Source: Candidatus Bathyarchaeia archaeon (GTDB taxonomy: Archaea > Thermoproteota > Bathyarchaeia > Bathyarchaeales > Bathycorpusculaceae). Taken from it: 64,000 bases of DNA. The translations under genes and the position numbers were made by a program. Below are positions 10,017 to 19,945 of this stretch, piece by piece. Positions within the stretch are counted from its first letter, which is position 1. Each line of letters begins with the position of its first letter. Where the stretch lies: assembly GCA_050010755.1 (NCBI GenBank), contig JBEKKK010000004.1, positions 1 to 64,000 on the forward strand, written 5' to 3'. Below the pieces are notes generated by a model. The model worked only from the letters and a program-made list of their open reading frames with translations. It was not told the DNA's origin and ran no database searches.

Positions 10017-11267
10017 TTGAGAATAGGTTTCTTCGTATGGGAGTATCCGCCGAGGCTCGTGGGCGGCTTAGGAACATACGCTCAATACATAACGCGCGAG
10101 TACGTCCAGCTTGGACACGATGTCACGGTGTTCACGCTCAATCAGGGTGACTTGAAAACAGCTGAGGTTATAGATGGAGTGGATGTTCAACGACCTTTGA
10201 TTGCAGATGCAAGTAACATTTTTCCAGTTTTTGTGGTGGACGATTTGAAAAGGTGGGGGACGAACATCCGATTTTTTAACGACATATTTATCTACAACAT
10301 TTTAAGTTCTTCGAAGTTTCTTAACGAGCTGGTTAGGAAAGACGGCTATCACTTCGACGTGGTATGCGTTCACGACTGGTTAAGCTGCATCTCCGGATTG
10401 ATAACAAAGAACGAGACGAAAATACCCGTGGTATTTCATGTTCACAGTACCGAGTGGGGCAGGAGCGGTGGACATGGCTCCGAGGTTGTCACGCACCTTG
10501 AGGAGCAAACGGCTCAGAATGCGGATAGAATAGTAACGGTTAGCAACGCGATGCAGGACGATTTGACGAGACACGGCTGGCCTCAGTCAAAGATAAGCGT
10601 AGTCTGGAACGGCGTGGACCCTGCCCAGTATGATCCGAACCTGTGCAAGAGCGAAGATGTCGACGAGTTCAGACAAGAGGCAGGAATCCCGCCGGACTGG
10701 AACATGGTTCTCTTTCTTGGGAGGCTGACATGGGTGAAAAGCGTCAAAAACCTTGTTCAAGCGATGCCTATGGTCTTGAAGGAGTTTCCAAAGACGAAAT
10801 TGGTGATTCTGGGCAAGGGTGAAGAACAGAGCGACATCATCGAAACCGCTGACAGACTTGGAATCAAGGACAATATCGTCTACAGGTTCGACTTCGTTCC
10901 AGAGGATGAGAGGAAATTGTACTATGTTGCATCAGATTTGTGCGTGTTCCCCTCCGTCTACGAACCGTTCGGCATAGTGAGCTTGGAAGCGATGTCTATG
11001 GCAAAGCCAGTCGTCGTCGGTGCGCGAGGAGTTGTTGGCTTCCGAGAGCAAGTCATCAGCTCAGGCCCAGATCAAAACGGAGTCCACGTCAACGGAGAAG
11101 ACCCCGCCGACATAGCCTGGGGAATCAATGAAGCGCTAAGAGACCCGAAAAGAGCAAAACTCTGGGGCCAAAACGGCCGAAAACGAGTGCTGAACTATTT
11201 CACCTGGAAAAAAGTCGCCGAACAGACGCTTGACGTGTATAGCGCGCTGGGTCAGAAAGGAAACTAG
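10017..11267 (+). CDS. GT4-family glycosyltransferase (glycogen synthase-like)
   Basis: WEYPPRLVGGLG, HDW, HSTE, PSVYEPFGIVSLEAM. Confidence 0.92.
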   Translation: MRIGFFVWEYPPRLVGGLGTYAQYITREYVQLGHDVTVFTLNQGDLKTAEVIDGVDVQRPLIADASNIFPVFVVDDLKRWGTNIRFFNDIFIYNILSSSKFLNELVRKDGYHFDVVCVHDWLSCISGLITKNETKIPVVFHVHSTEWGRSGGHGSEVVTHLEEQTAQNADRIVTVSNAMQDDLTRHGWPQSKISVVWNGVDPAQYDPNLCKSEDVDEFRQEAGIPPDWNMVLFLGRLTWVKSVKNLVQAMPMVLKEFPKTKLVILGKGEEQSDIIETADRLGIKDNIVYRFDFVPEDERKLYYVASDLCVFPSVYEPFGIVSLEAMSMAKPVVVGARGVVGFREQVISSGPDQNGVHVNGEDPADIAWGINEALRDPKRAKLWGQNGRKRVLNYFTWKKVAEQTLDVYSALGQKGN

Positions 11268-11298
11268 AAAGACCGCGTCTTGGACCAATTTAGTTTCA

Positions 11299-11898
11299 CT
11301 AATAATACCGTTCGCTCTTCCAGACGTCTGCCGAATCACTGAATCCCCTTTTCTCCCAGTAGCCCATTTCCTTCTTCTCAGTGAATCTTATTCGCGTCAC
11401 CCATAAAGCGCTCTTGTACGCGTATTTGCCAGGAACGACAAGTCGTAGGGGGAATCCATAGCCTTCTTCCAAGGTTTTTCCGTCAAGCTTCATCGCCAAA
11501 AGTATGTCGTCGCCTGAAAGCTCGGGAAGTGAAAGCGACGTCGTGTAGCCATCCGCGCATTCAAAGGTAGCAAACCTCGCGCTTTCTTTAGGCTTAGCCA
11601 AACTAGCTAAGCCTCCGAATCGGATGCCCTCCCATTCACAGTTGAGAACGCTCCATCCTTCAACACAGTGAAAATCACTAGTAGACCGGACGGTCGGGAG
11701 TTCAGCAATTTCTTTCCAGCTGAGCTTTAATGGTTTTTCAACTTCACCATCTACGGTTAGGGTGTACGTGTTCAGGTCGATCTTAGGGTTGGCTCGTGCA
11801 ATGCCAGGGTGATCTATGCCCCATCTTAGGAGCTTCTTGATTGGAGCTTGACCTGGCGGCAGATTGTTGCGATGATTTTCCTTTCCTTGTGAAGCCAT
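11299..11898 (-). CDS. Molybdopterin-binding oxidoreductase (sulfite oxidase-like catalytic domain)
   Basis: LPPGQ, DFHCVEGWS (Mo-ligand Cys), GFPLRLVVPGKYAYKSALW, GYWE. Confidence 0.9.
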   Translation of the reverse strand: MASQGKENHRNNLPPGQAPIKKLLRWGIDHPGIARANPKIDLNTYTLTVDGEVEKPLKLSWKEIAELPTVRSTSDFHCVEGWSVLNCEWEGIRFGGLASLAKPKESARFATFECADGYTTSLSLPELSGDDILLAMKLDGKTLEEGYGFPLRLVVPGKYAYKSALWVTRIRFTEKKEMGYWEKRGFSDSADVWKSERYY

Positions 11899-11965
11899 GC
11901 TTGTTCAAGCTAAAATGAGTTTGCGTTGAAAATAAAAAGGTGTTGCATCACCGACAAACGCGGCG

Positions 11966-13075
11966 TCAGTCTTTGTTTTCGTTGATGAAGCTTGTGAGCT
12001 GTGTTTGATTCTTCTCTTGCCTGACAAAGCTCGCGACTTTTACTCCTACTCTGCGGGCCTCAAAGTCGGTCTGATCGAGAAATCTCTCAAGCAACTCCTT
12101 CACAGCTTCTTTAAATGCTTCAAGATTGTCCGTGGGGTTTTCGAATGTTTTTGATCTCGTGTGGATGCTCATGTCCGTTGCGATTACGATTATTCCAACG
12201 GTCTTGAATGCAAGTCCGTCTTTTGCGATTGTGGCGTGAATTTCGCCGCACAACTGGTCCGTTCTTTCCACTATGAAGCTTAGCTCTCGGGAGTCGTGTT
12301 TCAGGGTGGCGATTCTGCTGATTGATGTGGCTTCTCCCCTCTCTTCAACAGGCTCATCGTCGATTCCAAGGGAGGCATTATGGAAATAAGTCGCCAGGGT
12401 CTTGCCAAAAAAGGCTATAAGCTTTTGCATGTCATAGCTTGACAAATCAAAAATCGTGTTGATTCCCAGCACTTGCATTCGCTCTCTGGTCTTTGCTCCA
12501 ACACCGATGAGTCGGCTCACGGGCAGAGGCCCTAGAAAGACCGTCACTTGGTCAGGCGTGACAACCGTTAGACCGTCGGGTTTTTTTGTATCGGCCGAGA
12601 TTTTTGCGACGAGTTTGTTGGGTGCCACCCCAATTGAACACGTGAGTCTCTCTTGTCGTAGCACTTCGCTCCTTACCCTTTCAGCCAGCTTTCGCCCCTC
12701 TTCAAAGCTTCCCCCTGTCTTTTGAGTAACGTCGAGATACGCTTCGTCTATGCCGACCTGTTCAAAATGGTCCGCTAAGCTCTTCAGGATGTTCATGACT
12801 TTCCCAGAAATCTCTTCGTAAAACTCGTAGTCAACAGGCAGGAACACTGCATTCGTATTCTCCAGTTTTTTCTTGGCAAGGAAAATAGGTATTCCTGACT
12901 TCACTCCGTACGCCCTTGCGACATAATTTGCCGTGCTTACAGCTCCACTGTCTTCGGTCCGTCCAGAATAAACGCAGACCACAACAGGCTTGTCTCGAAT
13001 GGAGGGATTTCTGAGCTCCTCGCACTGGGCAAAGAAATAGTCCAAATCAACAAGCATGACCACCCTTGACTGCAA
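11966..13075 (-). CDS. dbh: Y-family DNA polymerase IV, Dpo4/Dbh type
   Basis: VDLDYFFAQCEE, CVYSGRTEDSGAVSTANYVAR, GIDEAYLD, KPDG; PIP-like QTQLTSF at C-terminus. Confidence 0.95.
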   Translation of the reverse strand: MQSRVVMLVDLDYFFAQCEELRNPSIRDKPVVVCVYSGRTEDSGAVSTANYVARAYGVKSGIPIFLAKKKLENTNAVFLPVDYEFYEEISGKVMNILKSLADHFEQVGIDEAYLDVTQKTGGSFEEGRKLAERVRSEVLRQERLTCSIGVAPNKLVAKISADTKKPDGLTVVTPDQVTVFLGPLPVSRLIGVGAKTRERMQVLGINTIFDLSSYDMQKLIAFFGKTLATYFHNASLGIDDEPVEERGEATSISRIATLKHDSRELSFIVERTDQLCGEIHATIAKDGLAFKTVGIIVIATDMSIHTRSKTFENPTDNLEAFKEAVKELLERFLDQTDFEARRVGVKVASFVRQEKNQTQLTSFINENKD

Positions 13076-13298
13076 AGGCCGGGCTCCTCCACTTGAAAAT
13101 TCTTCCTACACATTTACGTCTTCTGCTGTGCGAAATATGCAAACTAGACAGGTCGTCGCTTACGCTTTCGAAAAAAACGGCCTTGGCTTTGGCCTCCAAT
13201 AATTGCCTCCCCTTCGATTCAGGTCTTTGAACCTTTCGACAATCCATTAATGAAGAAAAAACTGTTCTTTCGATGCGCATGCCCAAATTCGCGTGCTT

Positions 13299-13691
13299 TT
13301 AAGTCGCTGTTACCCGTACAGCTAGTCTTTCTCCGTTGCGATTGTAGGCTGCGACGTTTTTTTCATCGGCAAACGGAGATCCTACAATCATGAGTATGGG
13401 CCCATAAAAGTGGTTCAGATCGGTGCTGGATGGGTTTATGTTTCCTGATGGGTGAGAATGTGCTGTTCCCACAATGGAGAAGTCCATTGGCAGCATACTG
13501 ATCGGAAGGTTGGCAAAGCCTCGTCCGTATTTGGCAAGCGGAGGAACGAGGAGGTCCGTCACCGTGATCACATCTTTTTCCTTTTTGCCGCGAAGCACTA
13601 GAATGGTTTCTCTAGGATAAAGGTGCTTGGCGCCCTCGAAAATAGTCTGCAGCAACTCCTGACAGATAGAGATCGTGCTACATTTTGGCAT
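13299..13691 (-). CDS. JAMM/MPN+ (Mov34) metalloprotease
   Basis: YPRET plus HSHPSGNINPSSTD (HxHx7Sx2D). Confidence 0.9.
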   Translation of the reverse strand: MPKCSTISICQELLQTIFEGAKHLYPRETILVLRGKKEKDVITVTDLLVPPLAKYGRGFANLPISMLPMDFSIVGTAHSHPSGNINPSSTDLNHFYGPILMIVGSPFADEKNVAAYNRNGERLAVRVTAT

Positions 13692-13947
13692 AAAGCCTTT
13701 GAAGCTTTCCCGTACTTAAGTGCATTTCGAAACGTTGGCATCGAGACGAAATCAGATCCTCTTTTGCCCTTCTCGGTTGCTCGTTATTCCTCAATCTCAA
13801 AAAGTGTGGCTTCAAAGTCGGATTAGAAACATGTTTTCAATTTTTGAATTCTATGATCCGCGCTCCGCCTTTTTTTTCTCAATAATCAATCCAGAACACT
13901 AAAATAATCAAAATCTTTCTGTACAACAAAAGCAGAGGAAAAGAGGA

Positions 13948-14619
13948 CTGGGAAAAATAAGAATAGCGTCTTTTGATTTGGATGGAACTCTCACAGACAT
14001 TTCATTCGTGGATTGCGTGTGGTTGGAGGGAATTCCTCGATCTTATGCTCTCAAGCATGGTCTTGCTTTTGAGGATGCCAAGGACTTCGTGACGCGTGAG
14101 TATGGCAAAGTCGGCAGGGAGAGGCTCGAGTGGTATGATCTGAGCTATTGGATTCGGAAATTTGGTTTGGACGTTTCTCCTAGAACGATTTTGGATTTTT
14201 TCAAACAAAGAATAAGAATTTTCCCTGAAGTGATTGAAGTGTTAAACGAGCTTAAGTGCATGGGATTAAGGCTGATAATAGTAACAAATGCCCGCCGGGA
14301 ATTCGCCGATTTGGAGATTGAAAACACAAAGATTGGGCCTTATTTTGAGCAGATTTTTTCTGTAACCTCCGATTTTGGGCTAATAAAGAAAACTCCTGAC
14401 ATTTACAAAAAGGTGTGCGGCATCTGCAAGATTACGCCGAGGGAAATGATTCACGTGGGTGACGATGAGCGTTTCGATTTTGAAGTTCCTAGAGAGATCG
14501 GCATTGAGGCCTTTTACCTCGACAGAACTGGTAAACATTCAGGGCAGTCCGTAATTCACAGTTTAATGGAGCTGAGCCAAAAGCTGACGACTGTGACTCA
14601 CTTGAGTGAGCATAAATGA
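13948..14619 (+). CDS. HAD-superfamily hydrolase, probable CTG start
   Basis: Motif I FDLDGTL starts upstream of the track's start at 13978; VTN, HVGD..FD motifs present. Confidence 0.88.
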   Translation: MGKIRIASFDLDGTLTDISFVDCVWLEGIPRSYALKHGLAFEDAKDFVTREYGKVGRERLEWYDLSYWIRKFGLDVSPRTILDFFKQRIRIFPEVIEVLNELKCMGLRLIIVTNARREFADLEIENTKIGPYFEQIFSVTSDFGLIKKTPDIYKKVCGICKITPREMIHVGDDERFDFEVPREIGIEAFYLDRTGKHSGQSVIHSLMELSQKLTTVTHLSEHK

Positions 14620-14699
14620 TAGTCTCTAAGGCTTGAATACGCTGGAATCAAAACGCAATTAAGTGCAGTCTGGTTTTTCCTTCTTGGAAGGTTTACACG

Positions 14700-15521
14700 T
14701 TGAGTACTTGGCGATTGTTGAAACTTGAAACCCACGATGCGTTCATGAACATGGCTATTGACGAAGCCATTCTGACTGCAAGAATTGAAGGCCGCGTTGC
14801 AGATACGTTGAGATTTTTCAGTTGGAAGCCCTCCGCCGTTTCAATTGGGAAATTTCAAAAGGTCGAAAATGAGGTGCAATTGGAAAACTGCAAGCAGCGC
14901 GGCGTCGACGTTGTGAGACGGATCACAGGAGGAGGCACTGTGTATCACGATGCTGAAGATGAAATTACCTACAGCTTAGTCGCGAGTACTGAGGACTTGA
15001 GAGCAGGGGACATAGCCGATGTGTATGAAAGAATCTACGCAGGTCTAACTAGAGCGCTGAGCATTTTGGGTGTGACTGCAGACTTCAATGAGGGCAACGA
15101 GAGGGCCTGTCCAAACCTGACGGTTAAGGGGAGAAAAATCTCTGGAAGCGCTCAGTGTCATAGGCGCGGAGTTGTTTTGCAGCACGGAACAATCCTTGCA
15201 AACGTCAACTTGGAAAAAATGTTCACGTACCTTCGCGTTCCGTGGGCAGATAGTTGTATGCAAGTTGTGAGCGTCGCAAAACGCAGAATTACCTCGTTGT
15301 ATGATGAACTTGGAAGAAAGCCTTCGCGGGCGGAATTGGTCGGTGCCCTTAGAAAGGGCTTTGCCCAAGCGTTAGGGGTTGAAATTGTAAGCGGTGAACT
15401 GACGTCTCATGAGCGTGAGCTTGCAGAAAAACTCTGCGAGCAAAAATATGTCACCATGAATTGGAACCTCCATGGGAGAGCAGTTTCTGATGTTCAGCCT
15501 CCAAAGCCCACTCTGGAATGA
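14700..15521 (+). CDS. lplA: Lipoate-protein ligase A family, catalytic subunit
   Basis: NMAIDEAIL, VVRRITGGGTVYHD, GRKISGSAQ, LQHGT. Confidence 0.93.
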   Translation: MSTWRLLKLETHDAFMNMAIDEAILTARIEGRVADTLRFFSWKPSAVSIGKFQKVENEVQLENCKQRGVDVVRRITGGGTVYHDAEDEITYSLVASTEDLRAGDIADVYERIYAGLTRALSILGVTADFNEGNERACPNLTVKGRKISGSAQCHRRGVVLQHGTILANVNLEKMFTYLRVPWADSCMQVVSVAKRRITSLYDELGRKPSRAELVGALRKGFAQALGVEIVSGELTSHERELAEKLCEQKYVTMNWNLHGRAVSDVQPPKPTLE

Positions 15522-15568
15522 TAGGTGTTTTGCGCTGAATCGACGGGGGAAAACCGATTTCTCTGAGT

Positions 15569-16111
15569 TCAGCTTCCGCAGTTTACGCCCAGAGTCTTTG
15601 CTAATCGTTTGAAGGCTGCGTCGCTCATCCACTCAGTCTTGAGGTACTGGCAAATTCTTTGGTCCTTCAGTCCCAGTCTTCTCGCTTCTTGAACGGCGTA
15701 ATCATAAGCTTCAACTTCGGTGGGTCTCTCAGTGTAACTGTAGTGGCTGTCAAATAGCTCCTTCCCTTCCATAAACTGTTTCACGTGGACAAGCTCGTGG
15801 ATGATGTCGAGGTAAACGTCGATTCTGTCCCCTTTGTTTAGATATTTGGAGTTAACCATGAGATGGCCGTTTAAGGCGTTCACTCCCATGTATCCTCCTG
15901 CCCACATTAACTGAACTTTGAGGTTTCGAAGCACTTTCTCGGTTTTTTCTCCGAAGAGTCTCTTCACAGCCTCGACCTTATCGAAGCCTATGAAGTACTC
16001 GGAGAATGGACGCGCCGGCCCCCTGAAGAGTATTATTCTATCGAGGTGTGCTGCTCGAGCCAATCGCAACATTCTGAACAGGAGTCGCTCAGGCCAATCC
16101 ATATCTGCCAT
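15569..16111 (-). CDS. Zincin-like putative metalloprotease
   Basis: IIHELVHVKQ (HEXXH) and downstream PTEVEAY. Confidence 0.7.
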   Translation of the reverse strand: MADMDWPERLLFRMLRLARAAHLDRIILFRGPARPFSEYFIGFDKVEAVKRLFGEKTEKVLRNLKVQLMWAGGYMGVNALNGHLMVNSKYLNKGDRIDVYLDIIHELVHVKQFMEGKELFDSHYSYTERPTEVEAYDYAVQEARRLGLKDQRICQYLKTEWMSDAAFKRLAKTLGVNCGS

Positions 16112-16131
16112 TTTTCAGTTTTCCTCAGGAG

Positions 16132-17586
16132 CTATGCTTTTCCGATTTGCCTTGAACCAGTTTGGTGTTTTTCATCTCTCCATTTGACGCCTTGAGGAGT
16201 ATCCTCGACCAATATGCCCATGCCTTTAAGCTGTTGCCTAATTGCGTCAGCAGTTTTCCAGTCCTTCGCCTTTCTTGCTTCTTCCCTTTTCAGAATGAGC
16301 TCTTCAGCGTCTTTCGGCAATTCTTGTTCACTCTTGATTTCGCCCACGACGCCGAGAACCTTGTCAAACTTAACCATTAGATGGTAGACTTCTTGTGCCT
16401 CGTCTTTGCTCAAAGAGTTCTCATCGAGTAGGATGTTGACGTCTCGGACGAAGTCGAAGAGCGAGGCCAAAGCTTCACTGATGCTCAGATCATCGTCCAT
16501 TGCCGCTTCAAAACCAACCCTCACCCTGCTCATCAGCTGCCCAATTTGATTTCCGTTGCTTTTGCCGTCAGCCTCGAGGAGACGGTGCGCGAAGTTTGTT
16601 AGTCTGTCCAGAGTTTTTTTGGCACCTTCCAGACCTTCGAACGTGAAGTTGACTTGCTGCCTGTAATGCGTTGCGAGCAGGAGGTATCTTATGGCCTTGG
16701 GATCGTAGCCCTTGGCGGTCAAGTCTCGCACTGTGTAGAAGTTGCCCAGGCTTTTCGCCATTTTTTTGCCTTCAATGAGCAAGTGTTCGTTGTGAAGCCA
16801 ATAGTTCACGAATTTTTTGCCTGTAGCGGACTCGCTTTGAGCAATCTCGTTTTCGTGATGTGGGAATAGGTTGTCGACACCTCCGCAGTGAATGTCCAAT
16901 GTTTGGCCCAGGTATTTCATCGCCATAGCGGAGCACTCGATGTGCCAGCCTGGTCGTCCCTTGCCAAGGGGCGTCTCCCAGAAAACATCCCCGTCTTCTT
17001 CAGTCCATGCCTTCCACAAGGCAAAATCTTGGGCCTGCTCCTTGGCGTACTCGTCAACCTTCACTCTTGCACTCGGCTTTAAGTTCTCGACCTTTATATT
17101 TGCAAGTTTCCCGTAGTCTTTAAACTTGGAAATCTCATAGTATATCGAGCCATCATCGCCCTTGTATGCATAGCCCTTTTCCATCAGTTTTGTAATGAGG
17201 GCCACCATCTCTGGCACGTTTTCAGTTGCCTTCGGGTAAAACTCTGCCTTTTCAATCTTCAACGTTCCGATATCTTCAAAGAAAGCCTTCGTGTAACGTT
17301 CCGTGTATTCTTTAAGCGGCGCTCCGCTTTTGCTAGCAGCCTTGATCGCCCTGTCGTCCACGTCTGTCACGTTCATGACCTGAGTGACCTTGAAGCCACG
17401 ATACTCAAGCCATCTTCTCAACAGGTCTTCAAAGATGAACGCTCGATAATTTCCAATGTGCCCGTAATCATACACCGTAAGCCCACACGTGTACATCTTG
17501 ACCTTTCCATTTTCGATAGGAACAAACTTTTCCTTCTCACGTGTCAGACTGTTGAAAAACTGAATATTGCCGTGTTCAGATTCCAT
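16132..17586 (-). CDS. cysS: Cysteine--tRNA ligase
   Basis: MYTCGLTVYDYGHIGN, DFALWK, GRPGWHIECSAM, DNLFPHHENE, KMAKS. Confidence 0.97.
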   Translation of the reverse strand: MESEHGNIQFFNSLTREKEKFVPIENGKVKMYTCGLTVYDYGHIGNYRAFIFEDLLRRWLEYRGFKVTQVMNVTDVDDRAIKAASKSGAPLKEYTERYTKAFFEDIGTLKIEKAEFYPKATENVPEMVALITKLMEKGYAYKGDDGSIYYEISKFKDYGKLANIKVENLKPSARVKVDEYAKEQAQDFALWKAWTEEDGDVFWETPLGKGRPGWHIECSAMAMKYLGQTLDIHCGGVDNLFPHHENEIAQSESATGKKFVNYWLHNEHLLIEGKKMAKSLGNFYTVRDLTAKGYDPKAIRYLLLATHYRQQVNFTFEGLEGAKKTLDRLTNFAHRLLEADGKSNGNQIGQLMSRVRVGFEAAMDDDLSISEALASLFDFVRDVNILLDENSLSKDEAQEVYHLMVKFDKVLGVVGEIKSEQELPKDAEELILKREEARKAKDWKTADAIRQQLKGMGILVEDTPQGVKWRDEKHQTGSRQIGKA

Positions 17587-17752
17587 GAATTTTCCCAAGA
17601 AAATAGTATTCAAACACACTTAAGCATTTTCCACTAGTCTCGCCATTTGCCAACCAAAAGAAGCAAACTCTTTTCATACTCGTAGACTTGGCAAAAAGTT
17701 TCGAGGCTCAGCGACTTTTGCTTGTCTCTTTGAATATTTCTTCAAGCGTTAT

Positions 17753-18253
17753 ATGCTTGCAGGCGGTAATATGCGGATAGGAGATACCCCGTTGTTCGAC
17801 AAGATATTGGTTCCCTTAGATGGGTCTGAACATTCTTGGAAAGCGCTGGAAGAGGCGGCTTTGATAGCGAAAAAATTCTCTGGGAAACTAACGCTGATGC
17901 ACGTCTATTCCGTGCAACCTGTCATAATGCCAGAACCATCTACAGGGGGTTCCTTAAGCATTCCGATCATAACGGGCGCAGAGGTTTCCGCTATGATTGA
18001 AGCCGCGATGAAGCTTGGAAACAAAATTCTGACCGACGGAGAACAAAGAATCATGGCCTCGGGGGTTGAAGTCGAAAAAGTACTTGTGGAAGGGCATGCT
18101 GTTGAAGAAATCGTCGGGTTGGCGAACCAAGGCAATTTTGACCTGATCGTGATAGGCGCTCGGGGTGTGAGCCACATGAGAGAACTGCTATTGGGAAGCG
18201 TAACCGACGGAGTGATACACCACGTGCGCTGTCCAGTATTAGTGGTGAAATAA
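17753..18253 (+). CDS. Universal stress protein
   Basis: KILVPLDGS, DLIVIGARG, LLGSVT, CPVLVVK. Confidence 0.93.
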   Translation: MLAGGNMRIGDTPLFDKILVPLDGSEHSWKALEEAALIAKKFSGKLTLMHVYSVQPVIMPEPSTGGSLSIPIITGAEVSAMIEAAMKLGNKILTDGEQRIMASGVEVEKVLVEGHAVEEIVGLANQGNFDLIVIGARGVSHMRELLLGSVTDGVIHHVRCPVLVVK

Positions 18254-18315
18254 GTCTTCTTGCTGCGTTGTGAGCATCTTTAGGCTTATTTGTTTCGAAG
18301 AAGACACTGCAAGAG

Positions 18316-19380
18316 TAGCGCGCGCTGAACAGTTGAAACCAGAGGATAAAGTCAATTGGAACGTGAATAACATGACTCTTTCCTTTAGATTACAAATCAA
18401 GGAAAAAATCAAACAGAAACTTAACGAACTCTAAGATTTATGAGTCAGCGCGTGCGCTAACACATAACCCTTATCAGCCTCACAGTTCAACTAGACTTGG
18501 ATGCTGATGCGAAACCGAGGGTCTCGGTACAACCATTTTGCCGAAACTGGTAACAGTGCAAACAGCAGTCAACAAGAACGCCACCTAATTAGAGACCATC
18601 TGCGTGGCAAGTTCACAACCCGACGAATTTTGGTCGTCGTCTTGGTCATTGCCCTCATTGTCATGACAATAATAGCTTACTTAGTCTACACTAATACGAG
18701 GAACACGTCTCCAAGTTCAATAGATGGGATAGTTATTGAGTCGGGCTACACTGCGGTAGTGGGCAACAAGACCGTTTCAGATGGGAGACTATCCATCACG
18801 GTTAACAATTATCATTTTGAAGAAGCAGAGGATATTGATTGGTTTCCCAGTCTTCCTGTTACTCCAACAGCGGTCTTTATGTTCGTTAATGTTACCGTAG
18901 CGAACGTAGGTTCAGGCAACGCCTCCGTCTCTCCAGCGTGGGTCTTCATGCAGAATGGCAGTTCAATAATCGGAAACACTAATTTTGTGTGGAACGTTTC
19001 CTTTCCCGTGGGAGTGTTTCCAAGCCAAGCGTACCCTGACAACAGCGGCGGCGGAATTTACCTGCCCCCAGGAAAAGAAGTGACATTCTGGTATCTGTTC
19101 TACGTTCCGTACTCTGAGTCTCTGGGACTGAGCGGAGTAGCCCCAAAAATGACCCTCAAGGCCTTAGTTTATTACGAACTCTTGTATGGAGGTAACTACG
19201 AAGGCGATGGTGCATACAGTGGTTCAGCTAAGGACTTAAAAGTTCAGTTCATCGTCCTATATTAGGTGTTAAGAGAGAGAGCGTTCGCCTAAAAGTCTAT
19301 TCACCGGCGTGCGCTAACATCATGTTTTTCTTCTTCATCCATGCATGATTAAACATTCTTGCCTCTTTCTCAGCGCGCCT
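18316..19380. repeat. Second cluster of TAGC-GCGC-GCTA-like palindromes (18316, 18446, 19279, 19305, 19371)
   Basis: TAGCGCGCGCTG, CAGCGCGTGCGCTAA, GAGCGTTCGCCT, CGGCGTGCGCTA, CAGCGCGCCT. Confidence 0.6.
18501..19265 (+). CDS. Membrane-anchored surface protein with Ig-like (DUF4352-like) domain
   Basis: Single N-terminal TM, FMFVNVTVANVGS and LPPGKEVTFWYLFYVP pattern, several sequons. Confidence 0.7.
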   Translation: MLMRNRGSRYNHFAETGNSANSSQQERHLIRDHLRGKFTTRRILVVVLVIALIVMTIIAYLVYTNTRNTSPSSIDGIVIESGYTAVVGNKTVSDGRLSITVNNYHFEEAEDIDWFPSLPVTPTAVFMFVNVTVANVGSGNASVSPAWVFMQNGSSIIGNTNFVWNVSFPVGVFPSQAYPDNSGGGIYLPPGKEVTFWYLFYVPYSESLGLSGVAPKMTLKALVYYELLYGGNYEGDGAYSGSAKDLKVQFIVLY

Positions 19381-19432
19381 CATCAAGTGAACTTATATCG
19401 AAGATTGAACCACTCACAAAAGAGGATGAAAT

Positions 19433-19651
19433 ATGATGCCTTCAACAATTCAAGAAAAGGAAAAAAGGATACTTTCGGAGCTAAAGAAGCAAAATGTTCG
19501 AGTTAGTCATTCTTTAGTTAAGATCGACGCGAAGACAAGGGCATGGGAACATAGGATAGGCAATTTCGAAGATACAACAAAAGAAGATATTGACAAACTA
19601 TGGGAAATAGTTTCTAAGCACTTTAAAGAATGGTTAGAAAGCATTTCCTAA
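19433..19651 (+). CDS. Small hypothetical protein
   Basis: 72 aa, GAGGA upstream, AT-rich. Confidence 0.55.
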   Translation: MMPSTIQEKEKRILSELKKQNVRVSHSLVKIDAKTRAWEHRIGNFEDTTKEDIDKLWEIVSKHFKEWLESIS

Positions 19652-19945
19652 AACTTTATCACGCGACTGTTAACACGAACCCGAACCAAGGGCGTTTCTG
19701 TCACCCGAAAATTAACAGCGTTCCCCATCGCCTATGAAGTTACCAGAATCGCCTACCACAACAGACTTAACAGTATCCTGCAAGAGTGAACTTTATCTAC
19801 TCCTTGACCCGGCGGTTCGAAACACCAACATGGTCTCAGCAGAGTATCGGCGGGCCTGTTTGTCAACGTGCTAGTCCAGTATCCTTCTGGAAAACCTTTT
19901 AACGCAATAGAGGGCAAACTATTTCTTCGTTTTAAGATGAGGGGG

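Noticed and set aside
13047-13902. Winged-helix-like fragments (KGRQLLE, TEKGK) flanking the JAMM gene
   Set aside because: Matches too short and interrupted to call pseudogenes
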